A stretch of 64,000 nt of DNA from Massalongia carnosa (GCA_965645245.1 OZ287076.1:1364001-1428000), one strand, 5' to 3'. Counted from the first letter of the stretch, positions 25,228 to 39,300 are shown. Notes: generated from the letters alone by a model not told the origin. A program made the numbers and translations.

Positions 25228-27230
25228 CCGTGTGCTATGACTTTAAACCAGGATTCGTCTTTTCGAATTCTTTGTGATTCGAAAATGTGTTCCCATGAAG
25301 ATTTATTTTTCAACAATTCTTCGGCATTGTTGTCAGGGCTAGTGGTGAGAACGATATTCTGACCGGTTTTGGACTTTTCAACAGTATTGACGATGATGTT
25401 TAAATTTGCGTTTTTTAATAGCGCGTTAATTTGATCACGCAACTTCATAGAGTCGATTTGAGCGTCAGGATTTTTCGGTGAAATCACGAGTCCTCTGGCC
25501 TTGATTGCATCAAATCGATCGACTTTGTTCGAATTATGATTCGAACTTTTCCTTTGAATAGTAGTCCAATTTTCGGAGTTTTCGGTTGCTTTTCCAAGCA
25601 TTTGACTCCATGTACCTGTTGTGCTAACATTGTTACCAGAGACCCCGGTGGCTCCTTTGCGAATGGTCTGATTTTCGATAATTGAATTTTCATTCAATTT
25701 AACAACAGGTTTTTGGATTTTTGGACCATTCTGTAGTGGGGTCGTTTGTTGTTGTGACGTTTTTGAGGAAAGATGACTAGTTTGATCAAGTACTATGCCC
25801 ATTTTATAGTTAATCATACCTAAGGATGTTTGTAAATTGATTGATTTTTTCGAAATCAACGAATTAACGTTGTCAATTACGAAAGCCGTTTGTGGATTTT
25901 TGTCCAGTACAAATGATTGCAATAATGCTTTTTTGGCCGACTTTAGAAGCTCAATTGAATTTGCCCGATTGATCGCTTCTTGGCTATCTCTCGAATGTTC
26001 GTCAAATGTGCGTCTTTTATTTCGTTTGATTGGTGGGCTTGATCTAATGTTTAAGTTCAATGAAGGCATCGGCAAGATAGTGGAAAATGGACCCGATGGG
26101 AATTTCGTTGCCTTTGGTGTCGTTGTTGACGGGGCTGATGCATATTCGCGAGTTTGATCCATAGGTTCAAGACGGGGAGAGGTCCCTATCAACGCCACCG
26201 GAGATGGTCCGGGGGAGTGTCGGGGGGGGGCCGGGTAAGGGGTCGATAGGGGGGCGGGACCGGCTGGGGGTGGTGTCCTTGGTATATTCCGGCGGTTTAT
26301 TACCGCGTTAAACATGATTTTATAAATAAATCGATTTTGCCTTTGCTATATCCCCTTTATCGCCACCAAATAGTTTATTCTGACGTTCCCCGGACGTAAT
26401 AGTCAGAATAGAGAGTTTTTACACCGATTTACTGGTCTAAAGAATGTTGCCTTCCAAACCCTATTTATTTGACAATAACAAGTCACATAAATCCTAGTCG
26501 AGTTAAAATAGACCGTTCCTCGCTTAGGCAATATATCTTATTTAACTCTTTACCTTGACAGTACAATATTTGGAATATAATAAGAATTTTACGATCGAAC
26601 AGAAAAATTTTTTTTTTTAAAAAATGTTTTTGATCCAGAAATAAACATCAAGTACAATGAGAGAGTAGGAGACTTCCTATTCAGGTTAGCCTGAAACAGG
26701 GCCTTTGGTTTAACCCTATTTCAGACGTTTTTCCCCTTCGTTTCAGCAGATTGTTGGTCGGCAGTTCAACGAAAATCGAAAAAACCCAAAATGGAATAGT
26801 TTATACGGTACCGGTAACCTTAATTTCAAATGAAAACCAAGAAGTTTTGTTGTCTCGAGAACAGGTTGTACAGTTACGCGACAGTGATGATATTTTGTAG
26901 ATAATTTTTGTGATAATAGATGAGATCTATGAGACAATTAAACCGAAGAAATATCGAAAATCGAGCGATTTTTGACGTTGTTGTTGGTGTTTTTGTGTTT
27001 TGTAGATTTTTTGGACGCGCTTTTTGGTGAAGGGGCGGACAGACCGCGAGGAAAGCTCTGCAGGAGCAGTGGAAGAGCTCTCCTGTACCCAATTCTGATG
27101 GGTTTAGCTTCTGGTAGGCTCAAATAAATGAGAAGAATGAGGAGAATAAGTTGGGAAAGTTTCAGTATATCAAAATATAGGGTACCGATGTTTTGGGGGT
27201 TGGCTTTTGGGCGACGTGTTATTTTGGTTG
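25228..27230 (-). mobile_element. Divergent LINE-B subfamily: 5' UTR and ORF1 5' part, truncated at WFKVIAHG
   Basis: ORF 25107-26315 is homologous to the ORF1 at 58587; UTR blocks are conserved; abrupt junction to RT sequence at ~25227. Confidence 0.85.
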
Positions 27231-27234
27231 CGTT

Positions 27235-28134
27235 TTCGAATGAATTTCGAATAAATCATGAAAACGTTAATCAACGATTGAAACGATTTTTGAACAATTG
27301 TAAATTTTATGGCGTCAGGTCCACATGCTTTCTTCGGATTAAATAAACTAATCGCATTTTTCAACTCGTTTTCGGTCAAATCTGGCCAATTATCGTCATT
27401 TTCTCTGTCTTGATTTGATAAATCTTCCATATTATCGTCAATAAATGGGTTTTTTTGTGTACATTGCTGACACATATGCATTGCATTTGTCATCAAACTG
27501 AACATTTAGCTTGTTTTCATGTAGAATCGGCGGTATTTTTTCGAATATGCGCGGTTTAGGGTATTTATACGCGGTAAATACATCTTTATTTGCTGCATTA
27601 TCTAGGAAAGTCAACCAGGTTTGTTGTTTTGCTTTTCGAATTGAATGAAAATACTCGATTCGACTATGTTTAAACGTCCGATGACTAAAATCGGACGGAT
27701 AATTTTTCCATTCTCGACGATATCTGCACATGGTTTTTCGAAGTTCAGTTAAATCTTGCGACCACCAATTTTTCGATTTTGCACAAATTTTCGTTCTCGG
27801 AATAAACATTTCAGCTGCGTTTTTGATAATGTTTTGCAAATATATCGCTGATTCGTCGAATTTATGATTATTCAATAAACTTTGAACTTGTGATTCGTAA
27901 ATGGTTGAATTTTCGTCTAGATACTTCGCGAATTTATTACAATCGGCTTTATTGCAATTGTATTTATTCGATAATGCGGTTGCATGTGACGTCAAATTTT
28001 TGAAAGATGCGATTAGTTCAAATCGGATGACTCCATGATCAGAAGCTGTGACTGCGTTTTCATCGATTGACCAATTTGAAATTGCATTTTCGATTTTAGA
28101 ATTTCCAAATGTTAAATCAATAACAGATGATGAC
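27235..28134 (-). pseudogene. LINE-B copy 2, endonuclease-to-RT linker
   Basis: SVIDLTF, SDHGVI, KNWWSQDL, KKACGPDAI match ORF2 at 60160. Confidence 0.88.
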
Positions 28135-28462
28135 GCATTTTTCGTGTCGTCTTTCGTTGGATTGATTCCCCAGGGGTTCAGCAATCGCCCCAACTGGAAG
28201 AACTTGATAGGTAATTAGCTGAGAACTAAAATACCTTCGATCTATTGGACAGCTACCCTTCAGGGTGTCTCGATACGAGCTTAGTGCGTCCATCCGAAAG
28301 TCAACTTGCCCCCTTTTCCATTACATCCTGGACGCCTGAAAGTTGCTCTGCAGTCAGAAAAATATCTTGCAAAGAAACTAATATTTCGACCTTGAATCTT
28401 TTAATCGACAAGATATATGAGTATAACCAAGACCGGGAACTGTTCGTCTTGAACTTGTACAA

Positions 28463-30085
28463 ATGATGATCAACAAATCTACACAAGACCGCGAGAGACG
28501 CAAGAAGGAGCAGGAGAAGACGATAAAGCTCTTGGGAGCAAAGATAGATGAGTATTTAAAGCTTGGCAACAGCTCAGGAGACCCAGTGGCGCACTCTTTG
28601 TTAAATGAGGTAAAAGCCACGTTGCAGACGCAGATCCATATTAACTCGGAAAATGAAGACACCAACATGGTGGCGGAATCCCTACGGGACATAAAGAACG
28701 CGCTCAATCGCATGGAAGGCGTTAGAAAGAACAACGAGCCCACCACAAGCTACGCCACCGCGGCAACCCCATCGACATCCCGAGCCCAAGTCGGGCCCAA
28801 CCCAACGTACAATCTAAGACACCCAAGACCTCAAAAAACCAAAGAACTATCCCCTAGCGAGGCCAAAAGAGCCCGGGAGGTCACACTACGGTTCACCAAT
28901 GAGGCCGATCGAGAAAGAGTAAGACAGCTGCCCACCCAGGAGCTGGTGGAATCGCTGCAGAAAAATGTCGGAGGAATAGTGGGAATATCTCGACTCACAA
29001 GCGGGGACATACGGATCCACGCAGAATCAGCAGAGATCAAGAAGACCCTACACGAGAACACCAAGTGGATTACCGCGGTCGCAGCGTCAGCCACGGTCCA
29101 GCGCCGCACCTTTGCAGTACGAGCTAGCGGAGTCAAGGTGGAACATATCGATGCCACCAATCAGAATCAAATCATACAGTACCTGCAGACAGCTAATGCA
29201 CGATTACACCCAGGCCTAAAAATCACGAGGATCGCCTGGTCGTTCAGGGCTATCAAAGAAAAGAAGGCATACTCATCGCTGCACATAGAAGTAGAGACCC
29301 CTGCTATGGCCAACCGCCTCATTAACGAAGGCTTCCTTGTCGACCACGAGATAAAGAACTGCGAAAAATTTGCGAAGAGCTGCAAGCTGACGCAGTGCTT
29401 TAACTGCTACAAATACGGACATATAGGAAAACGTTGCCGTAATCCTACGGCGTGCGGCCACTGCGCCGGCGGGCATCCGACCAACGAATGCAACCCGGAA
29501 ACAACCGGTAGACAGAAGAGATGCGTATGCTGCGACGAGAGAGGCCACGTAGCGTGGGCCCCCACATGCAAACTCAGGATACAAGAAATGAGCAAGATAT
29601 AGAAGGCTAGGAAAAGCTCGTCGCAGCTCTTCGCTACGGGCGACCCGATCGTAGCACGATCATTCATCTTTTCGTCCCAGGCCCCAACTGACAAAGAAAG
29701 CAATGCAGCACTAGGAGAGGCAACGGAAAGCCCCGTCAATGGTATCCCGAAAGTTGCCAGCAGCAAGAAAAGAAAAACCGCCCCAGCCGGCTCTCATGAA
29801 GTATCGCCGGCAGGCCCAAGCCGCCCAACAGGAACGTCGTGGAAGGACACAGAGATCATGAAGCCCATGAACATGCAAAGAGCAATGGCAAAGCCCATTC
29901 TAGGCAGACCACCCAACACGTCAACGACGATGGCTGCAACACCCGCCCCCACCCGCACCAATCCCGCCGCCCACCCGCTGCAACCCTCCCCGCCGACCCC
30001 CGACACACCTCCCCCCCTCGACGACCAAGGACTAATCACCCGCACCGCTCCTGCAACGGACGTAATGGAAGAAGGATGTTTATGA
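28463..30085 (+). pseudogene. LINE-A ORF1 (gag-like, zinc knuckles), one premature TAG at 29600-29602
   Basis: QCFNCYKYGHIGKRC, CGHCAGGHPTNEC, CVCCDERGH; the frame continues to TGA 30083-30085. Confidence 0.9.
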
Positions 30086-33000
30086 AGGACACAAACTCCA
30101 TTAACATACTACAGTACAACGTCAGAAACGACCGAGTAAGTACAATGATACCACTTTTGGCAGATTCAAACACGCAGGACTACGACGTTATAGCAATACA
30201 GGAACCATGGCGGAGCACGCACGCCCCGACCACTCTTAGCTCTCACCAAAGCGGATTCCACCTTCTATATCGCCCCGGCGGCGACACACGCGTATGCTTC
30301 TACGTCAACGAGAAAATCGACCCGGAAAGCTGGGAAGTAGAATTCCCAACCGCAGACCTATGCACGTTGAAATTGAACGTGAGCACCGACGGTGTTACGA
30401 GAACGTTGCACATTCATAACGTGTATAACCCGTCCCCGTCTTCTTATTCATCCACAGACAGCCCCTCCACGCTCCCGGCTGTTCGTCAGCAACTCGCCGC
30501 AGATGCACAGCACGTCCTCCTCGGCGATTTCAACCTTCACCATCCATTTTGGAACGGAGTCACAAGGCCAACGCAACACGCAGCCGCGGACCAACTACTG
30601 GATATAGTAGAAGAATTCGATCTCTCACTTACACTGCCCAAAGGGACCGTTACATGGGAGGCTCGGAACTCTTTTAGCACCATAGACCTAGTATTTATGT
30701 CGGAATTCCTGACGGAAAGACTAGAACACTGCATGTCGAGACCGGAAATGAACCAATCCTCTGATCACATCCCGATTTCCACCCGCATTCTTCTCGGTAG
30801 TGAACAGCTAACGCAAGTCAAGCGCAGAGCATGGAAACTGCTGAACATGGAGAAACTGAGAGAGGCAGAAAGCAACGCCCCGCCCGTCACCCACCCCCGC
30901 TCCGCCGAGGAAATTGACCAGTACGCTCAGACAATCCAAGAGTATCTTCAGAAAATCATAGCCGCCTCCGTCCCCTGGGCCAGACCCAGCGAATACGCGA
31001 AACCTTTTTGGAACGAAGAATGCAATCGCGCCATCCGTGAGACTCGCAAATTGCGCCGTTCCTGGTCGTCATCGCGTCACATGGACGACTGGAAAGCGTA
31101 CATGAAGTCTAACGACAAGAAGCAAAAGATAATCCGAAAAGCAAAAATGCTCTCATTCCGCAAAGAGATCAGTGCAGTCACCGAGTCGCCGCTGGGCATA
31201 TGGAAGCTGGCAAGATGGGCAAAAGATAGAAGCCAGAAGCCCCGCGAGATACCGAAAATGCCGCCACTGAGGCACGGAGGGCAGACGGCGGAGACGTTCG
31301 AAGAAAAAGCGGAAATGCTGAAAGCCAAGTTCTTTCCCCCACCACCGCCGGCGGACCTGAGCGACATACCTGGGTCATTCTACCCCGCTGCCGCGGATTG
31401 TCCCATGATGATCACAAAGAACGAAGTGATCGCAAACATACAATGCCTCAAGTCCGACAAGGCTCCGGGTCCTGACGGGATCACCAACAAAATCCTCAAG
31501 GCATGCTCTACAAAGCTAGCAGAATTGCTAACCCCTTTATTTCAGGCGTGCGTCACGCAAGCGTATCATCCTCGCGAGTTCAAAAGAGCGAACACGATAA
31601 GGCTCAAAAAACCGGGAAAGAAAGACAACACCAGCCCAAAGGCATATCGGCCCATAGCTCTCCTGAACACAATGGGTAAAGTTCTAGAAGCGGTCATCGC
31701 AAAGAAAATCACCCACATAGCGGAACAGCATCGGCTCTTGCCCGACACGCAAATGGGTGCTCGGCGAGGGCGATCCACCGAGTCCGCACTCGAGCTTCTC
31801 ACAGAACAGGTATACACCGTATGGGGACAAGGCAACGACAAGGTGGCAACCCTACTCAGCATGGATGTGGCAGGTGCGTTTGACACGGTGTCTCACCGTA
31901 GGCTAATATACAATCTACGGAAAAGGAAAATTCCGAAATGGATCACAGACTGGACAGCAAGCTTTCTGGAGAATAGGAAAACCACATTAGCAATAAATCG
32001 GCGAGCAACCGGGGAGTTCGCAGTGCGCACGGGCATTCCTCAAGGCTCGCCCATTTCCCCTATTCTGTATCTGTTCTACAATGCGGACCTATTAGAGATA
32101 TGCCAGAGACCCGGCACGAACACGAGTGCGCTGGGATTCGTAGACGACGTAAACGTGTTGGCATACGGTAAAAGCACGGAAGAAAATTGCAGAACTCTTG
32201 AAAGAATTCACAGGAAATGCGAATTGTGGGCGACACGGCATGGCTCCGTATTTGCACCGGATAAATATGAACTCATTCATTTGTCAAGAAATCCAAAGAA
32301 ATTCAACATGACGGCCACTATTCAAATTGAAACCAATCTGATTGAACCAAAAACGGACATAAGAGTACTGGGCCTACAAATCGACACAAAACTAAAATGG
32401 GGAGCTCATATGCGGAAGACGCAGGAAAAGATGACGTCGCAGTCGCTAGCGCTCACAAAAATCTCGGCATCCACCTGGGGAGCATCCTTCGCAAAGGCCC
32501 GGCAGGTCTACACCTCCGTCGTCCGCCCGGCAATGACATACGGAAGCGCCGTGTGGCACACGCCCAAGGAAATCAAGAAAAACAAGGCCACGATGTCCAA
32601 ACTCAGTGTCATGCAGAACAAATGCCTACGCACTGTGGCAGGAGCGTTTAAAGCAATACCCGTTGAGGTTCTCGAAGCGGAAACTTTCATCGCCCCTATG
32701 GAGCTACACTTGGATCATCTGCAGATGAAAGCAAGATACCGCCTACGGGCCTCAGGGCAAGCGAAACTGATCACCACTGCCTGCAGCACAATAGCGAACA
32801 AGCTACGAGGCAAGGCAGGACGCAAAAGAATACAACGCCCCACCCTAGGAGATTTAAAACACGAATGGGCCAGCAAGATGCTAAACAACGAAGCCCCAGC
32901 CGCAATACCGCCGCCGCCCCGACCCTGGTCAGGACCCGACCCTGTCCGTCTCGAGAAATACATCACGGCACGCCGAATTATCGGAAAGCACGCAAAGACC

Positions 33001-33444
33001 ATTACAGTACGAATCAAGGAGCGATGGGAGACCAGGTAGAAGGCGTATCAGGACCGCGTTCCCTACCCAACAGAGGCACAGCTCGGACCACTCAACAGAA
33101 CTAGATTGAAGATTCATGACAACTTGATGAAGGCGGAAAGCGCGCTAACCACGCAAATCCGCACTGAGAAAATAGGTTTGGCAAACTTCCTGTTCAATCG
33201 TCGGGTTCCGGGAGCTATGACTCCAGCTTGCTCGTGTGGCTGGCAGAAACAGACTGCCAAACACATCATATTACACTGCAGACTAATCGAAGGCAGATAT
33301 GAGCTGCTCAGACAATTGGGCACCCACGACTACCGGACGATTACGCGTTCGTCGAAAATGCTGAAAAAGCTAACTGCATGGATAATAAAAGCAAACTTGT
33401 TAACACAGTTCTCACTAGCATCGCAAATGTTATACGAGATATAA
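30082..33444 (+). pseudogene. LINE-A ORF2: AP endonuclease, reverse transcriptase, C-terminal zinc finger; one premature TAG at 33037-33039
   Basis: IAIQEPW, LLGDFNLHH, SDH, KAPGPDGI, YRPIALL, DVAGAFDTV, GIPQGSPISP, FVDD, CSCGWQKQTAKHIILHC; no RNase H motif seen. Confidence 0.95.
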
Positions 33445-33693
33445 CTTCTCATTTTCGTCAAGGATTCTAAAGAAAAACGATCACAGAGAGCAGCCTGTTG
33501 CCAGCGAGGCTCCGGAGGTAGTGCGTAGTCTACGGGGTTTTTATTCCCAAGAAGGGTTTTCCTTGTATGATAAACATAGACAGCCCGCATGGGCCGGCCT
33601 TCGGCCGGTGTCATATCGGAATAAGAATAAATCAATCAATCAATCAAATCAATAACAGATGATGACTTCCAGAATGGGCGTAGTATGTACATA

Positions 33694-36364
33694 TTTTTTT
33701 TTTTATTCATTAAGTGTATTCAACCTAATGTTATGACACTAAACTATTTTAGGATATGTTTCTATATTACAAATAAATCAACCCTTTATAACCCATCTAT
33801 GTATTGTCAATTTTTCCCCATTTTTACTCCGTCTTAGTAACAACCTATAGTAATCGAAGAATATCGATTTTAAAATTTGTCTTTGTAAGTTCGTGAATGT
33901 TTCAGCATAAATCGTTTCTGATTTTACTGTTCGATCTCTCCCCAACCTCCAGTTTTGAAAATCTCGTCATCAAGCTGACCTAGTATCCATTTTCTTGTCG
34001 CGATTTTGTTATTGACAATGAATTTAATCAAAATGTCATTTCCGATTTTTGTATTAAACAACATATTCAAGTTGATCGTAGTATCGATGGTTTGTTTCAT
34101 GTTTTGAATTTCATCGAAATAGTGAGTGCAATTCAATAACAAGTGTTCTGGCGTTTGTCGTTGATTGCATCGATTTGAGCATTTTGACGAATTATAATCT
34201 TTCAATCGATGTAAATATGATCGAAAATAGCCGTGTCCGAATTTTAATTGCATAATAGTGGCAAATATCAACTTGGAACAGTTGTTTGATAAATAATAAA
34301 ATCTCGATATGCCAGGTTTCATTTCGAATTTCTCGTAGTATTTGCCTTTTGATTTGCATTGTTGCCATTGATTCGTCCATGTTGTTAGCATATTTTGATT
34401 TATTTGATCTTTTACATAATCAAAGGTTATAGCCGAGGACTCGACTAGGATTTGATTATGGCCCGTCTTTGCTATTTTGTCTGCAATTTCGTTTTCGGTA
34501 ATATTCGAATGACTCGGAACCCATTGCAAAATCACCTTGATATCGCCGATTTGAGCTTTCGGTGTGATTATCAATCGTCGAGATTTGATCGCCTTGAAAT
34601 CGTCAGTATTATCGAATTTGTTCGCATTCGAATTATTGTTGTTGTTGTTGTTTGTTTTTTTTGGATCGAGGAACGGTAGTCCAATTTTCGGAATTGACAG
34701 TCGCTTTTCCGAGCATTTGGCTCCATGTTCTAGCTGTATCGGTGACCTGCGGCCCTGGGACTCCGGCGGTTTCGCTCCGAATTTCTAGGTTGACGTTTTT
34801 AGTCAAATTCGAATTTCCATTTGAATTTCCCTTCGATTTTGTCTGTACAGGATGCACCGATTGTCTCTTTATTTCTGGAATTTGGCTAGTTTGTTCTAGC
34901 ACCCTATTCAATTTCCAATCAATCATTTCTAACGTTGATTTTGGCTTGATCGATTTCTTTGCCAGTAGAGAATTGACGTGATCGATGACCATAGCCGTTT
35001 CGGGGTTTTGATCTATTTCGAATGACTCTAATAATGCATTTTTTGCCGTATTCAATAGTTGAATCGATTTTGATCGATTGATGACTTCTTGACTTTCAAT
35101 CGAATGTTCGTCAAATTTTCGTCTTTTGTTGCGTTTAATTGGTGGACTCAGTCGAATATCAGAATTCAATGATGGCATGGGCAGATTGGTACTGAATTCA
35201 CCAGATGGCGCGACAAAACGTTTCGTTTTTGGGGTGGGTGTGGACGGTGCGGACGAAAATTCTCGCGTTTGGTCTATGGCCTCCGTGGATTCTATGGTTA
35301 GGGGGTTGCTCCCAATTATCGCTACCGAAGATGGCGTGGGGGAGTCGGTTCGGGGGGGGGCACGGGGGAGTACTCGGGGGGACCCATAGATATTGTGGAG
35401 GGGGGCCTGGGGGAGGAGTTGTTGGTATCAATCGATTTGGTCTATGACCTATCGTGTTAAAACTTCGATTGACCATAGTATTTTTGCCTTTGCAATATCC
35501 CTTTTATCGCCACCAAATAATTTATTCTGACTTTCCCCGGACGTACTAGTCAGAATAGAATTTACACCTGTTTGTTTACTGGTCAAATGACTCTTTCTTT
35601 CCTATCCCTATTTATTTGACTATAACGCGTCAAATAAATCCTAATCGGGTTAAAATAGACCGTTCCTCGCTAAGGCAGTAAGTCTTATTTAACCCTTTAC
35701 CAGACACTACAATAGGTGAAAATAATGAAAGTTTTTTTTTGCTTTTTTCAATAAAGATAAATTTTAATGCAATATAAGAAAATAGGAGACTTCCTATTCT
35801 GATTAATCTGAAACAGGACCTTTGGTATAATCCTATTCCAGACGTTTTTCCCCTTCTTTTCAGTGATCTGTTGACTGGCCGTTCAACGAAGATCTATAAA
35901 GCCGAAAATGGAATGTGCAAAAATTATACGTGAAATATGCTATGAAATTTTGTGCTTGCGGAAGTTCCCGTAACCTTAAATGAGGAATGAACTTTAGAAG
36001 ACTCTGCCGTCGCGACAGTTGTTGTACAGTCCCGCGAGAGTAGATAATTTTTGTAGATAATTTTTATAGTAATAATTGAAGGTCATGCGACAACAGAACA
36101 GAAGAAAACAAGAAAAAACTGCGATTTTTGGTGAGGTTGTTGGTATTTGTTGTTTTTTCCAACTTCTAGAGCGCGCTTTATCACGTCGGTCGCGTGCGGC
36201 CAGCAGAAAAACTCTGCTGGAGCTTTGCTAGAGCTCTCCTACACTCAATCTGAGAGCGTTTTTGCTCTGGAGGAGCTCAAATGACTGAGAAATAGAGGCT
36301 CAATTGACTGTTAAAGTTATAGTATATCAAAAGTTGCGGTACTTTTGTTTCTTGTTGTTGTTCT
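33694..36364 (-). mobile_element. Internally deleted LINE-B (2.7 kb) with both termini
   Basis: 14-bp TSD GTAGTATGTACATA at 33680-33693 and 36365-36378; ORF1 joined to the RNase H tail at ~34538. Confidence 0.92.
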
Positions 36365-36378
36365 GTAGTATGTACATA

Positions 36379-39300
36379 AGTCAGGTGTATTCATCAAACT
36401 ACACCTGTTTAATTTCAACCATTTGTCAAGATTTCCTGATCGAATTGCTTGTTAAATTTTCGAATTCCACCAGTTATATAATGTGCATTGAAATCTCCAC
36501 AGATGACGAATTGATCAGTTGATTTAGGTTGTAATTGGATTAAAAGTCGATCGATCGTGTATGTTTCTCGATCACTTTGACTTTTTTCGTTATAAATATT
36601 GAAAATCTGCACTTTTCGAACTTCATCAATTGTAATTCCAATAATTTGCATATCGGAATCGTCAATAAGATCAGTTCTAGGCGCGCATTGCAGTTTCGGA
36701 TTGCCTTTTGTGAAAAATATAGCTACTCTCGAGCGATAAGTCGCTATTTTTGGCATAATACATGTAAATGACGGATGTGATATTGTTTTTTGATCTCGTG
36801 TCTATGGTTCCTGAAACAATACAGTATCAATTTGATTTGATAAAGCATATTCCAAACACGATATCATTGCATCCGTTGACTTTGCAAAATTATGTTGTAT
36901 AAATTTAACATTTGTGTATTTTCGATGTTTGTCAACGAATGCTGTCCTGCCATTACAAAGCGGCTAATATGTCAGTGGATTTTTGAACATTTAACGATAT
37001 AAACATTTCACAATTTTCATCATTAGATTGATGATTCTCGTTGCAATTCGCGCATTTGACGACGACGTGTGCATAAGCAATTTTCGATTTGCATGTTGTG
37101 CATTCATGATTGCGTGTTTAATGGTTTTGCGCACATATGCTGCAATTCCCTTGACTTTTGCATTGATAATGCTTGTGTCCAGATTTTTGACAATTAATGC
37201 ATTGTGTTTTTGGACGAACGGAGGTAAATATTTCCGTGTCACAATGTCGGCTCGCGATATTGACTCCTTTTAACGCGTTCAAGGCCATATTTCGATCATT
37301 GAATGTCAAAACAACGGATGATTTGTTCTTGTTATGACGATCACGTGCTAGCCATCTGGAAACATCGCATAATTGCATGTTTGAATTGAACTTTTGAATT
37401 TCGTCTTGCAAATATTGCATATTTTCATCAAATGTTGCAAATTTACACCATTTGCGACGACTTTGAAGCACGATTCGTCATTTCGAACTGTTCGTGGGTC
37501 GAACAAATTGCTCCCATATTGATTTATTGTTCAATAAATCTTCAGCAGTGTTATCAGGACTAGTAGTCAGAACGATGTTTTGACCCGTTTTGGACTTTTC
37601 GGCCGTGTTAACAACGATAGTCAATTTTGCGTCTTTAAAAAGCGAATTGATTTGGTTTCAAAGCAACAGTGAATCGATATCGCCGATTTGAGCTTTCGGT
37701 GTGATTCTAAACAGTCGAAATTTGATCGCCTTGAAATCGTCAGTATTATCGAATTTGTTCGCATTCGAATTATTGTTGTTGTTGTTGTTTGTTTTTTTGG
37801 ATCGAGGAACGGTAGTCCAATTTTCGGAATTGACAGTCGCTTTTCCGAGCATTTGGCTCCATGTTCTAGCTGTATCGGTGACCTGCGGCCCTGGGACTCC
37901 GGCGGTTTCGCTCCAAATTTCTGGGTTGACGTTTTTAGTCAAATTCGAATTTCCATTTGAATTTCCCTTCGATTTTGTCTGTACAGGTCGCACCGATTGT
38001 CTCTTTGTTTCTGGAATTTGGCTAGTTTATTCTAGCACCCTATTCAATTTCCAATCAATTATTTCTAACGTTGCTTTTGGCTTGATCAATTTCTTTGCCG
38101 GTAGAGAATTGACGTGATCGATGACCATAGCCGTTTCGGGGTTTAGATCTAATACGAATGACTCCAATAATGCATTTTTTGCTGTATTCAATAGTTGAAT
38201 CGATTTTGATCGATTGATGACTTCTTGACTTTCAATCGAATGTTCGTCAAATGTTCGTCTTTTGTTGCGTTTAATTGGTGGACTCAGTCGAATATCAGAA
38301 TTCAATGATGGCATGGGCAGATTGGTACTGAATTCACAGATGGCGCGACAAAAGATTTCGCTTTTGGGGTGGGTGTGGATGGTGCGGACGAAAATTCTCG
38401 CGTTTGGTCTATGGCCTCCGTGGATTCTATGGTTAGGGGGTTGCTCCCAATTATCGCTACCGAAGATGGCGTGGGGGAGTCGGTTCGGGGGGGGGCACGG
38501 GGGTGTACTCGGGGGGACCCATAGATATTGTGGATGGGGGCCTAGTGGAGGAGTTGTTGGTACCAATCGATTTGGTCTATGACCTATCGGGTTAAACCTT
38601 CGATTGAGCATAGTGTTTTTGCCTTTGCAATATCCCTTTTATCGCCACCAAATAATTTATTCTGACTTTCCCCGGACGTACTAGTTAGAATAGAATTTAC
38701 ACCTGTTTACAGGTCAAATGACTCTTTCTTTCCTATCCCTATTTATTTGACTATAACGCGTCATATAAATCCTAATCGGGTTAAAATAGACCTTTCCTCG
38801 CTAAGGCAGTAAGTCTGATTTAACCCTTTACCAAACACTACAATAGGTGAAAATAATGAAAGTTTTTTTTGCTTTTTTCAATAAAGATAGATTTTAATGC
38901 AATGTAAGACAATAGGAGACTTCCTATTCTGCTTAATCTGAAACAGGACCTTTGGTATAATCCTATTCCAGACGTTTTTCCCCTTCTTTTCAGTGATCTG
39001 TTGACCAGCCGTTCAACGAAGATCGATAAAGCCGAAAATGGAATGTGCAAAAATTATACGTGAAATATGCTATGAAATTTTGTGCTTGCGGAAGTTCCGG
39101 TAACCTTAAATTAGGGATGAACTTTTGAAGACTTTGACGTCGCGAGAGTTGTTGTACAGCACCGCGAGAGTAGATATTTTTTGTAGATAATTTTTATAGT
39201 AATAATTGAAGGTCATGCGACTACAGAACAGAAGAAAACAAGAAAAAAGAGCGATTTTTGGTGAGGTTGTTGGTATTTGTTGTTTTTTCCATCTTCTAGA

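Larger units (their letters stand above)
28135..33645 (+). mobile_element. LINE-A copy 2, essentially full-length Tad1-like LINE
   Basis: TSD of ~21 bp AAATCAATAACAGATGATGAC at 28114-28134 and 33646-33666; (AATC)n tail; ORF1 plus ORF2. Confidence 0.95.

Noticed and set aside
25107..26315. Intact 402-aa gene
   Set aside because: It is a chimera of truncated ORF1 and out-of-frame RT sequence across a deletion junction.
29839..30081. N-terminal 81 aa of the 1066-aa ORF
   Set aside because: This is an alternative frame over the ORF1 3' end; the endonuclease starts at the ATG at 30082.
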